From Sphyrna mokarran (lineage: Eukaryota): DNA of 64,000 bases. Position numbers and translations under genes: made by a program. Shown piece after piece: positions 37,464 to 50,772 of this stretch (position 1 is the stretch's first letter; every line of letters starts with the position of its first letter). The notes beneath the pieces are model-generated. The model did no database searches and was not told where the DNA came from. It saw only the letters and a list, made by a program, of their open reading frames with translations. The stretch covers positions 31,682,001 through 31,746,000 of the forward strand of contig JAGIQG010000024.1 of NCBI GenBank assembly GCA_024679065.1, in the 5' to 3' direction.

Positions 37464-38584
37464 ATATTGCCTATTCCGAATGGCCCTCTATTTAAGAGGG
37501 CATCTGAAAGTCAACCACATTGCTGTGAGTTTGAGTCGCATGTTGGCAAGATAGATTGAGATTGAATATGTACCTTAGTTCCAGCCTTCCAGTCAATGGT
37601 CCAGTGCTTGAGCTGTGCTGATATATTAGGTTGTATTGGATTTGTTCACTCTGCATAAACTCGAAACTGATTCAGTACATTTCCTGAACAATCCTTGGAG
37701 CTACCAAATGTGAAGTGATTCTAAATTTCAATACTTCTGTCCTTCGAAAGATTCGGTCATCCAAGGATACAATCAAATTGAAGTGTCTGGACTGAATAAA
37801 ATGTTAAGGTTTTCATAGTTTTATGTAACTTTTCCCAATACATTGCATCCCCAAGAGTACAGCTGCCATGTTGATATATCACCAAGGCCAATTAATTATT
37901 CGTACCCCATCACATCTGTGGATTGGCCCCAGGTTGAGATTGTTGAACAGCCAAGGGAAGCGATGTTGGTATTTTACAAGATTGAAGGTACGACTGTAAT
38001 GTTATGGTCTGAGCGAAACTGTTTTCTCTGCTTGCAAGCATCGTACGATTTATAAACTTCAACATGATTCCTCAATCAATTCTGAGATGTAGAATAGTTT
38101 ATCCTTGTGCTATTGTGGTTACAAAAATTATTAATGACCAAAGAAAGGTACTGATAAGCTGTTGAAATTCAAAGGCAAATAATAAACCTCAACACTCCGC
38201 AATTTGGAACCTATTGCCAACTGAACCACCGGCAACTAAGTTAAATTGGATTACTCTGCAAGGTCACTCTAATATCCTTTCAGTAAATTGAAATCCTCAG
38301 TAGATTCATAAAAAGAAACTATAAAAAGATTCAACTAATCGGCAGCATATCAGGACAGAGAAATTGTCTTTCAGTCTACGATTCCAATATCATTTTTTTC
38401 CTTTTAATTCAGGTTTGTAAGAACATGAATATACATCCTTTTGAGTATTCTCAAAGAGGTGATACGCTCCATCACAATGTGATGAATCTGTCATTATGGG
38501 GCACACCTTCCTTTCCAGCTATGTTCATAAATTTGTGAAAACACGTTTAGAAATATTCATATACTCATATCGACAACCTTTCAA

Positions 38585-38862
38585 GTTTATTTTATCAGTG
38601 TCACAAGTAGGCTTACATTAACATTGCAATGCGTTATTGTGAAAATCCCCTCATCGCCACATATCAGTGCCTGTTTGGGTACACCGAGGGAGAATTTAGC
38701 ATGCCAAATACACCTAACCAGTGCATCTTTCGGACTGTGGGAGGAAATTGGAGCACTCAAAGGAAACCCATGCAGACATGGGGAGAACATGCAGACTCCG
38801 CACATAGTGACTCAGGAATTGAACTCAGGTCCCTGGTGCTGTGATGCATCATTGTGCCACCA
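38585..38862 (-). mobile_element. V-SINE with MER6-type tail
   Basis: gtgtcacaagtaggcttacattaacattgcaatg...ggaattgaactcaggtccctgg. Confidence 0.85.
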
Positions 38863-39146
38863 TGCAAACATATTTCACAGAGGGGACTCCATAACCCTGT
38901 CCTTGTATAACTACACAAAGGCATTAAATAAAGAGCAATGGGTATAAAAAAATGTCAATTGAGACTGTTTATCTGAGAAATTTGGGATTTATTTTAAGAA
39001 ACCAAGTGATTTTGATATCACTAACCATCTGAATGAGGTATCTTGGGATTTTTCAGGAGAATGGAAAAGGCCATGATGCATTAACCCAGTATAAAATGTT
39101 CACACTTCCCTGAACCAAAGGCCACAGATCACAGATCCAAAACAAT

Positions 39147-39259
39147 GGCTGGAATTCTCTGATGTCATATTGCTGCAAGAACGGGTACTCAACCAAATCT
39201 CCACTCACAGAAGCGGGACCAGAGATTCCCAGCCACAAGCAAGGCAAGAGATTCCCAGC
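39147..39259. mobile_element. MITE-like TIR element
   Basis: ggctggaattctct ... gagattcccagc. Confidence 0.5.
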
Positions 39260-39671
39260 TAACATTAGTAAAGGGGATTGACAACGTTTTTCCAAGCTGT
39301 CCTGTATTCTTTCATTGCTGCAAAAAAAAACTTTCCTGCAACAACCTCAAATTGTCAATCATTCACAGATCTGATAGGATAGAGTCTTTTCATTGGTATG
39401 GCAGCATGTCAATGGATTTTTTGCCCTTGTTTGCAGAGAGTAGCATAGTGGGAGAAAGAAAATATGGCGTAATTGCAAAAGTCAGCTTTATAGCGGCATA
39501 ATCCAATTTGCAATCTCCACTTCTCAATGGCAGACGTGTTTCCTGCTGCATCACATTTGGAACACCATTTTAAATATATTTGCATCTCATAAACCTTGTT
39601 CGCCAAAATGATCTCCCTTCACAATTTCCCTCCTGCCACACCTCTCTCCCAACCCTCCGCATACAGAGTGA

Positions 39672-39968
39672 GGAGCAACATGGAGGCACAGTGATTAGCA
39701 GTACTGCCTCTCAGTGCCAGGGACCCAGGTGTGATTCCCGGTTTGGGTCAATGTCTGTGCAGAGTTTGCATATTCTCCCTGTAGCTGCATGGGTTTCCTC
39801 CAGGTGGTCTGAGTTCCTCCCACAGTCCAAAAAGCATGCTGGTTAAGGTGCAGTGGCCATGCTAAATTCTCCTTCAGTGCACCCAAACAGGTGCTGGAGT
39901 GTGGCGATGAGGGGATTTTCCCAGTAACTTAATTGCCGTGTTAACATAAGCCTACTTGTGACATTAAA
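39672..39968 (+). mobile_element. V-SINE with MER6-type tail
   Basis: ggcacagtgattagcagtactgcctc...taagcctacttgtgacattaaa. Confidence 0.85.
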
Positions 39969-40337
39969 GACAAGGCTACAGACAGCCTTGAAACAATTAT
40001 TAACATTCATTCAACAGAAAGCTAGGTTAAGATATTTGGCACAACCTTTCAAAAAAGAGCAGGTTTATTCGGGCTTGGTCACTTATTCCTGTTTTTGCTT
40101 TGAAAATGTATAGTTGTCTTGTACCCAGCAGATCATAAATTACACGTACCTACAGCAGGAAATCTCAAAAGGTGTTCTTTGTTTATTGCTTCAAACAATT
40201 ATAATAACGTGCTGAAATATGGATTGGCACAAATCTCAATGAAGCCAAAGAGCTGCAATCTCAAGCAAACACTGAACCTGCTCTTCACAGTTGGTTTCAG
40301 CATTCGTTTCTGCTTGTGACAACTGTGATTTAGGAAT

Positions 40338-40860
40338 GATGGCAGCACAATTGTAATTTCACTGAACTGACAATCCAGAGGCCCAGGCCGATTCTCTGGG
40401 GGCACAGGTAAGAATAAGACAGTAAGACCATAAGATATAGGAGCAGAATTAGGCCATTCAGCCTGTTAAGTCAGCTCCGCCATTCAATCACGGCTGATAG
40501 GTTTCTCAGCCCCATTCTCCTACTTCTTCCCCCATAACCTTTGATCCCTTTACCAATCAAGAACCTGTCTATCTCTGTCTTAAACATAGTCAATGACCTG
40601 GCCTTCACATTGGCAATGAATTTCATCGATTCACCACCCTATGGCTGAAAAAAATTCCTCCTCACCTCAATGCCAAAGTCTAAAATGCCTTTTCCTTGAG
40701 GCTGTGCCCTCGTCTCCTCATTTCCAACTAATCAAAACATCTTTCACAATTGCTGGTGGATTTAAATTTGAATAAAATCTGGAATTGGAAGCTAATCACA
40801 TTAATGTTGACTGCCGTAAAAGCATTGACTAGTGAGGCCTCTGTGTGACTCCAAACAACT
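40338..40860 (+). mobile_element. SINE family B split by a minus-strand CR1 tail (~40410-40745)
   Basis: aatccagaggcccagg...ctggggg before, and aaatctggaattggaagcta after, the insert taagaccataagatataggagcagaattaggcc... Confidence 0.6.
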
Positions 40861-41426
40861 ATCTAGTTAGCTGGGATCTTCCACTACCAATCCACGCAGA
40901 TGAGTTCAGTGATGAGAGAAGAAAATCTTGCGAAAATAGTCAAATCGCATTTCAATTCCATGTGACCATGACACAATTGTCCCCTCCCCTCACTGATGAT
41001 GGGGGACATAATTTAAATTAATTTGCATTAAGCCTCAACATCCAAATTATTTCTCCCCCGGTCAGAAAAAGACATCCATGTCAATGTGAGGGCTGAATGA
41101 CACAAAACCCCACAGGTCTCCCAAGGCATGCACTTGGAGAGCAGATCTCTCAAGAGATCTGAGTGCACCACTCAGGGGCTAGATGGTTATGCCTGGCCAC
41201 TGCACTGGGGTACTGCCTCAGCAGTGGTGCAGGGCGTTGGGGAAGTGCCAAACTGGACTCCTACGCACTGGGGCTGTCTTTAAAAGTAGCGGCCCAATCC
41301 TCAATTGACAAACTTGTTACTGGAATAAACAAATCAGAGGCTTTTACTGTCAGTGGCTTTGCCCATCACAATTGGCCTTTGTCTAATTCTCGGAAAATTC
41401 CGCTTTTCCTGGCTTACTTTTAATCC

Positions 41427-41495
41427 CCTGCAAAATACACACAATATGGACCATTCCCTATAAAATACACATAATATGGGCCATTCCCTGTAAAA
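41427..41495. repeat. 30-bp tandem repeat, ~2.3 units
   Basis: ccctgcaaaatacacacaatatggaccatt / ccctataaaatacacataatatgggccatt / ccctgtaaaa. Confidence 0.8.
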
Positions 41496-41904
41496 CTGTG
41501 GCCATTTTGGTATTCTATATGCTGTTTCTTTAGAGATCCCTGTACATCTGTTACATGACCTGAGATTTGGGATCTTTGTCAGATCCAGAATTGAAAGTGC
41601 CCAACAGCAATGGGTACTTCACAGAAAGAAATCCATCAAGTGTACTGTCATTTTACCCTCTCCCATTGCTCAATGAAACTATAATTTTTGTGTAGAATAC
41701 ACCATGGGAGCCTCTCATGTGACAACTGCAAGCACAGGTGGATCTTTCAACTCTGTCAGAGAGTTCCCTAAACCTCCTGAGAAGTCTGTGTCTAGACAGT
41801 TACTGACTATTTTCGCCATGTTGCTTGGGAACTGCCACGCTCAGCGTGAACTGTAATAAGTAATGTCACATGACAATTAGACAAACCTAAAATTTAAAAT
41901 ACAT

Positions 41905-42300
41905 GGGCCAGAATTCACCAGCCATTCACATTCAGATACCACTGCTAGCGAGAACGGAGAATTTGGCATTCAATTGGAGTTTGCACATTCTCCCTATGTC
42001 TGCGTGGGTTTTCTCTGGGTGCTCCGGTTTCCTCCCACAATCCAAATATCTGCGGGTTAGGTTGATTGGCCGTGCTAAAATCGCCTCTTCATTTCCCAAT
42101 ATGCATAGGTTAGAGCGATTAGGCAGTGAACATGTCGGGATAAAAGGGTAGGTCCTTGGTGGGATTGTGGTCGATGCAGACTTGATGGGCCAAATAGCCC
42201 CTTTCTGCACTGTAGGGTTTCTATGATTCTAACCAGAGCTCTGTTCACTGTAGTGGGACTGGAGAAACCCAGCTACAGATGAGGTTGGAGAATCTGCCCC
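41905..42300. mobile_element. MITE-like TIR element with nested 5'-truncated HE1-like SINE (~41975-42230)
   Basis: at|gggccagaattcaccagcc ... ggttggagaatctgcccc|at; V-domain and CR1 tail inside. Confidence 0.7.
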
Positions 42301-42424
42301 ATGATTTTTTTTTCCCCAATAGCGTTTTATATTATTTATATCAGGAATCATTTGAGATTGGTTTTCCCCAATCCCACATTACAAAGGCATTAATGTTTGC
42401 ATGGGCACCAGGAAGCAATGATGA

Positions 42425-42985
42425 CAGGACCACAGGAGGATTTGCCCTTTGAGATTGCTATGCCACTTAATTAGACCTTGCCCGATCTGGCCTCAACCTC
42501 TACCTTCCTGTCTGCCCCCGTTACTCTTGACTCTCTTGTCTATCAAAAATATATCTAACTCAATCTTGAATAAATTCAATGACCCAGCCTCCATTATTTT
42601 CTGTGGAAGAGAATTTGAGAGACTAATGACCCTCAGAGAAAATAAATTTTTCATACATACTTCATCCCGGAAAAGGTCAGGTCAGCCTTCTCTCAATTGC
42701 TTCAAGCACAATTCTGTCTTTTTTTCAAATAATGAGACCAAAATTCTATTTGATACCCCAGATACAGAGTCACCAACACCCTTTACAACCACAGTAAAAC
42801 TTTCTTCCTTTTATATTCCATTCCCCTTGGAATGGATGCCAACATTCCGTTGGCCTCCTAATCACTTGTTGTTTCTGCGTACTACATTTTTGTGATTTAT
42901 GTACAGATTCCTACATACCACAGAGTTCTGCAATTTCTATCCATTCAAATAGTACACTGCCTTTCATTCATCCTCACAAAGTGTT
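42425..42985 (-). mobile_element. Decayed CR1 3' portion
   Basis: aataaattcaatgacccagcctcc...tgaccctcagagaaaataaattt parallels 2400-2480. Confidence 0.75.
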
Positions 42986-44309
42986 GAGGGATAGACTAAA
43001 CCTGCTATAGAGTTACAGTGGGGAAAGGCTGTTGTTTATGGATCGATAGCCTTTGAAAATCCAGGAGCTGGAAGCTTTGAAAGAAAAACCTTTGTGTTGG
43101 ATGTTTGACATCTAATGAGTTTAATAAATATTAACTGTAATTGCAGTAAATGACATATAGTATTTGGAAGAAATTGGTTTAATTTGGACCTTATGCAATG
43201 TCAACTTTGAATGATTAAGTAATGTATTCATAAATTTTATGAACAGTATATATTTTTGGAATTATAAATTGTATATTTTCAGGAAAAAATAATCGTCCGT
43301 TTCAATTACTTGTCTCTCTCTAATTCCCGTCTGTTCGAGCCCATCTCATTTATTCCCCTTGCTCTTCCCAATTGTCCACTTATTATTTTTATCCCTTTCA
43401 TCTCAGGACATCAACCACCTACTAGGGAGGTGACTAAGCCACCTTCATTATTGTGGAATGGGTGAATGACCTCTGGATGACAAAGTGATGTCTGCAGGTC
43501 AGCCTCAATGTGCTGCTATGAATAGGAATCAGCGTGAAAAGGATTTTCACCTGGATATTTCTTATATTCTGTTCCAGAATATAATGCTTCATCCCCACAA
43601 AGAAAGGAAATTGCCAATGTCGTTTCAGTCAACCTCAACAGTATTCGGGAGTTCACTTCACAAGACTGAGGCAAAGGAACTGAGACCCTTATCTTGGCTT
43701 TGGGTAAGCACACTATTTGGCTTTGTGGTTTGCCCTGGTGACATGTAAATGATGGATAAGAGGATAAGAAGTATCATCTATTTGCATCCATTAGCTGTTC
43801 GCCTGTTGAATAAACCATGTGACTGGATAGGTTCTACGGGGGTGGGTGAACTCGTGATCAGTTCACTATCAATTACCAGCATTCATCTGGCTTACTCAAC
43901 AAAGAAGTGGCTCCTTCTGAAGACAACAGTGGTTAAGGTCCAAGTAAACTCTAAATGAATACTGCTTTACAAGTAAAACCAACCAGCATATAACTTGCAC
44001 TTCATTAGGGCAAGTGCTGAAAGTGAAAGAAGTAATGACTTTTACCCTTGATGTGGTGATAATGCAAAATGTTCATTATCCAGGACTGTCCTTTGATTTT
44101 GTCCCATTTTCACAGCTCCCATCAAATGTATTAGATACACATGTACCACAGTGAGACAAATTGTATCATTGCACTCACAATGTCAGGTACTGGAAAGCAA
44201 AGAGATAAATTGTCCTTATTTCAGTGTTCAAAGATACACTGCCCCATTCTCATAAAGAAGATTTCTCATAAAGAAGATGACTAGCTCACACCTGCTGGAA
44301 ATGCCAATA

Positions 44310-44597
44310 TGGGTGGCATGGTGACTAGCACTGCTGTCTCACAATGCCAAGGTTTTGATTCCCAGCTTGGGTCTGTACGGAGTCTGCACATTCTCTCAAT
44401 ATTCGCGTGAGTTTCCTCTGGATGCTCCAGTTTCCTCCCACTTCCGAAAGACGTGCTGGTTAGGTGCATTGGCCATGCAAAATTCTCCCTCAGTGTACTC
44501 AAATAGGGGCCAGAGTGTGGCAACGAGGGGATTTTCACAGTAACTTCATTACAGTGTTAATATTGGCCAACTTGTGACACTAAGAAATCAACTTTAA
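44310..44597 (+). mobile_element. V-SINE with MER6-type tail
   Basis: gggtggcatggtgactagcactgctgtctcaca...cagtaacttcattacagtgttaat. Confidence 0.85.
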
Positions 44598-45243
44598 AAT
44601 CACTGACCTCTGGCAAATGTTGAAGAATTTTTGTGATTCCCTCCTCAGCTGGTTTTTGCTGCAGATCCCAGCAACTGCGCTATAACATGCAGTTCCGTAA
44701 AACAGAAGATGTGGTCGAAGGACTCACCTCTCCACCAGCCAACGCTCAATCAAATGGGAATCTTCGGCATCAAAAAGATTTGTTTCCTTCCAGTTGGCCT
44801 GGAACACAACTATTCCAAGGGATTAAGTGACTTCTCAGCTCATCTCAACTTTTGAAATTTCTCAATCTGAGGGCATAGTTTCGCAAACATTTATTTTTTT
44901 CAACTTTCTGTTAGTAAATCCTTTTTTGACATTACTGCAGTGGTTTGAAACATGTGTAAGTAGTTCACTCAGCACAGATTTCCTTGAGAATTGTAACCAT
45001 TCTGAAATTCCAGAAAAGATTCCAGGTTCTGGTTCTCAGCAGTGGCATACTTTGAAATGATATGCTGTTAATTAATGTGCAAAACTGTGGAAAAGCACAA
45101 TATAGAAATGGAGTTGACGGAATTTTTCCTAAAGATCGGAGGGTAGTTAATGCACATCCAACCCCCCGCCTCCTTCTCTTACTGGCAGGGGACTTTAGAA
45201 TCCAAGGACTCATACCAGGATAAAGGCAACATTTTGTGGATTG

Positions 45244-45400
45244 CAGGTCTGACAGCATCTGTGAAGAGAAAATAAAGCCAACGTTTTGAGTCTGAATGAC
45301 AGGTCTGATGAAGGGTCATCAAGAATTGAAATGTTGACTCTATTCACTCTCTACAGATGTGTTCAGACCTGCTGAGATTTTCCAGATTTTCTCTTTTTGA
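45244..45400. mobile_element. Penelope-derived fold-back insert family B with hammerhead-like core
   Basis: Arms gcaggtctgacagcatctgt / acagatgtgttcagacctgc; central CTGATGA-agggtcatcaagaatt-GAAA. Confidence 0.7.
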
Positions 45401-47227
45401 CTCATGGAAACCACACCAACAGGAAGAAATGAATGGGAAAAATTGGAGGAAAAAGTTAACTTCATAAGAAGAGATTTGGAGAAAATAATTGAATACGTTT
45501 CCAATAAAAGATGTCATAAATTCCGAAAGATTGAGCTTTGAAAAAGAACGTCTCCAATCCTTTAACATATCACAATCTGTTCACAGTAACTTCATTACAG
45601 TGTGACTGTGAGCCTACTTATGACTAATAAATAAACTTTACTTTAACATATAAGCAGACACAACTGGAGCAAACACCTTCATGAAGGAAAAGGACACTTT
45701 TTTTTACCCCTCTTTTGTGCTTGTCCTGTTGCAATATGATATTGAAACAGATTTGACTGTGCAGCAAGATATCATGAACAAGAAGATGAAACAGCCATTT
45801 TACAAGCAATTCACAAGGGAGGTGACGTATAATTCTCATCATTGTGCCCAAACAAAGGTCACAGCTCTGAACTTCAAGATTGCTGGTCAATTGAGTTCAC
45901 TTTCTTCAACCAAAGGCTTTCATATGTAGTTAAATTGGAACAGTGAGGGCAGTACTTCATATAGCAGAGGTGTACCATTGTTGAAGGCAAGGGGAATTGT
46001 GAATGGGATGCTCAGCAATGATTGTTACTTGAACTCACTTTGGTGGATTTAATCATGGCCCTTAGCTTAGAAGTCACTGGAACACCAGAGCAGGGTTCAA
46101 TCTATTACGAACTAAAATGGGAGAGATGAATGATGTGATTCAGCTCCAGTTCTTGCCTTCTGGTGGATAATGATGAATGTTGGCGATCACAACAGCACAG
46201 AATCTCATCAGCCCAGGGCATCTCTTGTTTCTAGATGGGGGGCAAATGGAGAGCAGGGGCGATGACACTGTCACAGCAAGTCAGCAGAAGGAATATTAAC
46301 ATGTGGAAATGTAGGGTCAGTATGCTGGGAAAGTACAATTACTTGATAGAAATGAGCATTCTTTCTGTAGCAACCTTGTTCTCTAGTTTGCGAATAATTC
46401 TTTTCTCTGGAAATCAAAGAGCCAAAATGAACACTGGAGAAACAAGACAGAATACAGGATATTATGTGTTGTTATACTTTTAACTTGTGGAGGAAACACG
46501 TGACAAGTTCAGACATTCAATTTCCCGCAGCTGCCTGTTTGCTGACTTGCTCGAGGATACGACAAATTAATTTTTTAGTTCAGTGAATTCTTAAAATTGC
46601 TTAATGGAAATAATTTATCAGTTTCCCCTCTCCCAGCTTACTGTACAGCAGAGGAAAGAAGATTTTCTTTTACAAAGTAAAACCATTTAGGTTTGTCGCA
46701 ATTGTAATCCTTCAAAAAAAATAAAAGATTATGAAATGCGCTTTTTATTGGCGGATTCCGGCACTATTTATGTTCTCAATCTGGCACTGCATTTAATTCT
46801 CAACAAGAAAGTGGTGAATTCATTTGAAAATTCAAATGAAGGCATTGTCCAAGTGGCAGATGAAATCTTGCCAACTCTCAAGCCTTGATAGCACCTGAAG
46901 CGAGGACTGAACTATTCAAGTGGTAAAGAGAAAACTGGCAATGTGAAATTCACACCTGAATGCTCATTGCCTTAGCAAAGCTGCCTGGTGTTTTTCTTGG
47001 ATACTCAAACTCATTTAAATACAATCCCCTTCTCTCTCTCTCTCTAACATATACACACACACTCCTTTTTCATGGTCACAGTGAAGAACGCTGCAAGAGG
47101 TTTTACAAATATATCAGATAAAAGAGGGAGAATGCATGTGACATCTGTTGCATCTCATAACATCAAAAGACAACCAGTTACACAGAGGAAAATAAAACTT
47201 GGAACTGTTCTTCCCAACAAACAATTT

Positions 47228-47546
47228 CATAGAATCTCTATGGTGCAGAAGGAGACCATTCAGCCCATGGAGCCTGTGTCAACAAGAATCTTACCCAGGC
47301 TTGTCCCTGTATCCCGATGTATTTACCTTGTGAGTTCCCCTGATACTAAGGGCAATTGAGCATGGCCAATCAACTGAACCTGCCCGTCTTTGGCATGCAG
47401 GAGGAAATTGGAGGACCCGGAAGAGACTCACATTAATGCAGAGAGAATGTGTAAACTCCACACAATCAGTCACCTGAGGCTGGAATTGAACCTGGTCCCT
47501 GGCGCTGAGGCGCAGCAGTGCTAACCACTGCGCCACTGAGCTGCCG
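47228..47546 (-). mobile_element. V-SINE (HE1-like), CR1-type tail
   Basis: catagaatctctatggtgcagaagg...gcagtgctaaccactgcgccactgagctgcc. Confidence 0.85.
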
Positions 47547-47810
47547 TTTCTTCCATATCTCCTCAATTCCTCTGAAAATGTTCTGGAAAATGAACAATAC
47601 ATTGAATTCTGGTCTACTGTTTTCACACACCACATTCTCCCTTCAACTTAGACCGGAATACTAACCAGGGATATAGTGAAATTCTACAAAGCCTGGGAGA
47701 AGAATGAGCCTTTATTTTCTGTTGTTCTAGGTGATTTCATATTCTCTAGTTTGTATAGACGATTCAGCTTCAATTCATAGCACTATATTTGCTTGTAGTG
47801 CAGAAGTTGA

Positions 47811-49127
47811 ATATTGATTAAAAAAGACACATGCTGACAAAGCTTTTTGTCTTACATTCAACAGAACAAAATATCAAGAATATCAAATTTCAAAGGGAAC
47901 AATGATTTACACTGCATGATAAAATGATGCTGATTGTTTGCCAAACCGACTCTGATTGGTGGAGGTGTTGCCATGGGCAATGCAACAGATAGCCGTTATT
48001 TTGGCAACTTTTGCTTTAAATGCAAAATGGGCATTGATTGGTCACAATGAATGCCATAATCCCAATGGCACTCATCAGGACAAAATCACAAGAATACCAA
48101 ATTTTGAAGCCAGCAATAATTTATACTATATGATTAGGAGGCAAGTGGATTCTAATTGGACAGAATATTGTTTTGAAAAACTTACTAAGGAATAGTTACC
48201 TCCAACTTTTGGTCTTTTTGGCTCTGAAAGCTGCCTGATCTACCTCAGGTTACCCTGGAAGGAATATTGTCTCAAATATTTGGGCAAAAGGTCAAGCTAA
48301 CTGTTTCATGATGCTCCTATGCAGTAGCAATGCAAATGGTATTCTTTACTAACAGAACACTGCCAGCAAGGCAAAAAGAAATACTACCTACCACATAAAA
48401 CTCAGAATATAGGGTGGAGTTTTATAGCCCGACATCAACAGAGAATTCCATTGTCAGGCTCTTGCCTGCATCGATTTGGTGGCAGGCAATGTGGTGGAAC
48501 TTTGGCCATAGTGTCTAATTTCAAATATGATTCCACAACTGGACAGCACACCATGAACAATCCCAAATGTGATAAGAGTGATGCTGGCAACCAATTGCTA
48601 GACTGTCCATCAGGCTCACAATATGCCGCCTGCCATTGTTGCATGGGTGGGTTGGTTGCGATGTTTAAGCCATGCAGGCTGGCTGAGAGCAGCAGAGGCT
48701 GAGTGACAAGTCCCTACTATCAAAGACCTGCACATATGCAATGATACTCTCTGCTGCTCTCAGCAAATGCTCTGGTGAATTCAGCCCCAACTTCTTTCCT
48801 TCACAGGTGAGAAACTATTTCTGCTGTTTCTTTCATACATAGAGTGCGCGTGATAGCAGATGTGAACTCATCCAAAAAACGAGTATGAAATTCTCCCATT
48901 TTCACGCCCTTCTTGGACTTAGAATTTTTTTGATAAGATCACCCCCTTTGCGGATATTTGTGTATTCTGCATTGTAAAGCTTCAACCACAGTGTACTTGC
49001 AAACCAATCAATACCTTTTCTCATGTGGTATAAATTGCTGTTCCTTTTGAAATTTGGTCTTCTTGCATCTGTTCTGATGGGTTCAAGATGAAAAGTTTTG
49101 ACAGCATGTCTCTTATTTCAGTAATAT
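47811..49127 (+). mobile_element. Penelope-like element family C: inverted terminal arms, ORF remnant, nested insert (~48410-48945)
   Basis: 47811-47945 is an imperfect inverted copy of ~49000-49127; FGSESCLIYLRLPWK at ~48217; CTGATGA on minus at 48072-48078. Confidence 0.6.
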
Positions 49128-49310
49128 GCATGGCATTATCAGAAACTGAGGGGAACACTGAATTTTCTTTAGAATGACTTACTTGAGCAATAATCTAAGG
49201 TTTTCCTCAACCCAAACCTTATAAAAATTCTCATTATTGTACATTGAAATGAAAGACAATAGACAACAAATGCCACTCTGAATCTTGAACCAGGTGTTCA
49301 GCAATTTGTC

Positions 49311-49418
49311 GGGGGCTGGTTTAGTTCATTTAGGTGGACAGCTGGTTCATGATGCAGAGCGATGCCAACAGCATGGGTCCAATTCCCATACAGGCTGAGG
49401 TTATTCATAAAGACTCCT
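49311..49418 (+). mobile_element. tRNA-derived SINE head, another family
   Basis: ggggctggtttagttcatt (A-box-like) ... gggtccaattccc (B-box-like). Confidence 0.5.
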
Positions 49419-49564
49419 GTGGATAGGTGAGTTCTTTGACCAGAGCTTCTGTTTTACAGAGCTGCACGTTACAACTTGAGTCACTGGGATCTCCAGCAAA
49501 GACAAAGGGAAGGGATCACAGAAAATTGCTATTTTTCAACATTTGCCAGTGATCAGTGATTTTG

Positions 49565-49860
49565 AAGTTTATTTATTAGTGTCACAACTAGGCTTACATT
49601 AACACTGCAACGAGGTTACTGTGAACATCCTCAAGTCGCCACACTCCAAGGTCAGTTCAGGTGCGCGGAGGAGAATTTAGTATGGCCAATGCACCTAACC
49701 AGTATGTCTTTCAGACTGTGGGAGAAAATCAGAGCACCCGGAGGAAACCCACGCAGACACGAGGAGAAGGTGCAGGCTATGTGCAGACAATGATCCAAGA
49801 TCAGGAATCGAACTTGGGTTCCTGGCACTGTGAGGCAGCAGTGTTAACCACAGTGCCACG
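49565..49860 (-). mobile_element. V-SINE with MER6-type tail
   Basis: aagtttatttattagtgtcacaactaggcttacattaacactgc...ggaatcgaacttggg. Confidence 0.85.
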
Positions 49861-49977
49861 CCTGTATTAGTGCTATTTAAAACTTTAAGAATAGAACAGA
49901 TCTTAAGCACTTAGCGAAAACCATCTGTTAGCTTCTTCTCCAACCAAATTCTTTGTTTTTTTTCACTCTTCTTTCAG

Positions 49978-50030
49978 ACTCAATGCTACAACAGTCTGAC
50001 AGGTTGACTGGTGACTGGTCCCTCTCTCAG
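49978..50030 (+). other. Candidate 53-nt exon, unassigned
   Basis: Long pyrimidine tract ending ...cactcttctttcag; consensus donor CAG|gtaagt; one open frame (SMLQQSDRLTGDWSLSQ). Confidence 0.35.
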
Positions 50031-50405
50031 GTAAGTATCGGTCTCCAGCTTCATTTTGATTTATTACCCCCCGCTCCAGCCTGCTTCTTCGCTGGTCTGC
50101 TGTCTCTCCGACTCCCAGGCAGCCATTGTACCAGTTTTCAGTTCCCAATGGCTTGGAAAATTTTGCCAATACTTTCAACATTAAAGCCAGCAAAAGTGAT
50201 AGCGAGATGTGCAAACCAGTTCAAACTTTCACTCTCCACGAACTTCAACTGAAAGAAGCTCAAATGCAGTAAAAAATTTGATTCACTACAAATTGATTTT
50301 GCAGTGTTAAGATCACTTTCAGACTGTTAATCTTCCTGATAGAAAGAACAAGGTTGCTTCACTTTCAGTTCCTTTCAAAAACAAATGGGAATCAACTGGG
50401 GAAGG

Positions 50406-50772
50406 CCATGGCTATATGCTATTATCACAATATTATTTATTTATCCAGAAACTTTACTCATGTTCCAGAGACGTAGGTTCAAATCCCACCAAGACAGGTG
50501 GTGGAATTTGAATTCAGTAAAAACTATCTAGAATTAAGAATCATTAATTAAGATGACCATGAAACGATTGTCAATGGTCAGAAAAACCCATTTGATTTAC
50601 TAATATCCTTTAGGGAAGGAAATCTGCTGTCCTCACCCCGTCTGGCTTAGGTATGACTCCAGAGCCACAGCAATATGGTTGACTTTCAGCTGCACTCCAA
50701 AGGCAACTAGGGATGGGCAATAAATGCTGGTCTGCCAGCGATGCCCATGTTCCATGAATGAATAAGAAAAAA
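50406..50772 (+). mobile_element. tRNA-headed SINE family B
   Basis: B box ggttcaaatcc; tail gggatgggcaataaatgctgg...ccatgaatgaataag. Confidence 0.85.

Noticed and set aside
43578-43703. 126-nt AG/GT-bounded open segment
   Set aside because: Plausible splice sites, but the peptide is unrecognisable and such segments are expected by chance in 64 kb
45751-45821. Exon-like segment (FDCAARYHEQEDETAILQAIHKG)
   Set aside because: Purine-rich acceptor context and weak donor gtgacg
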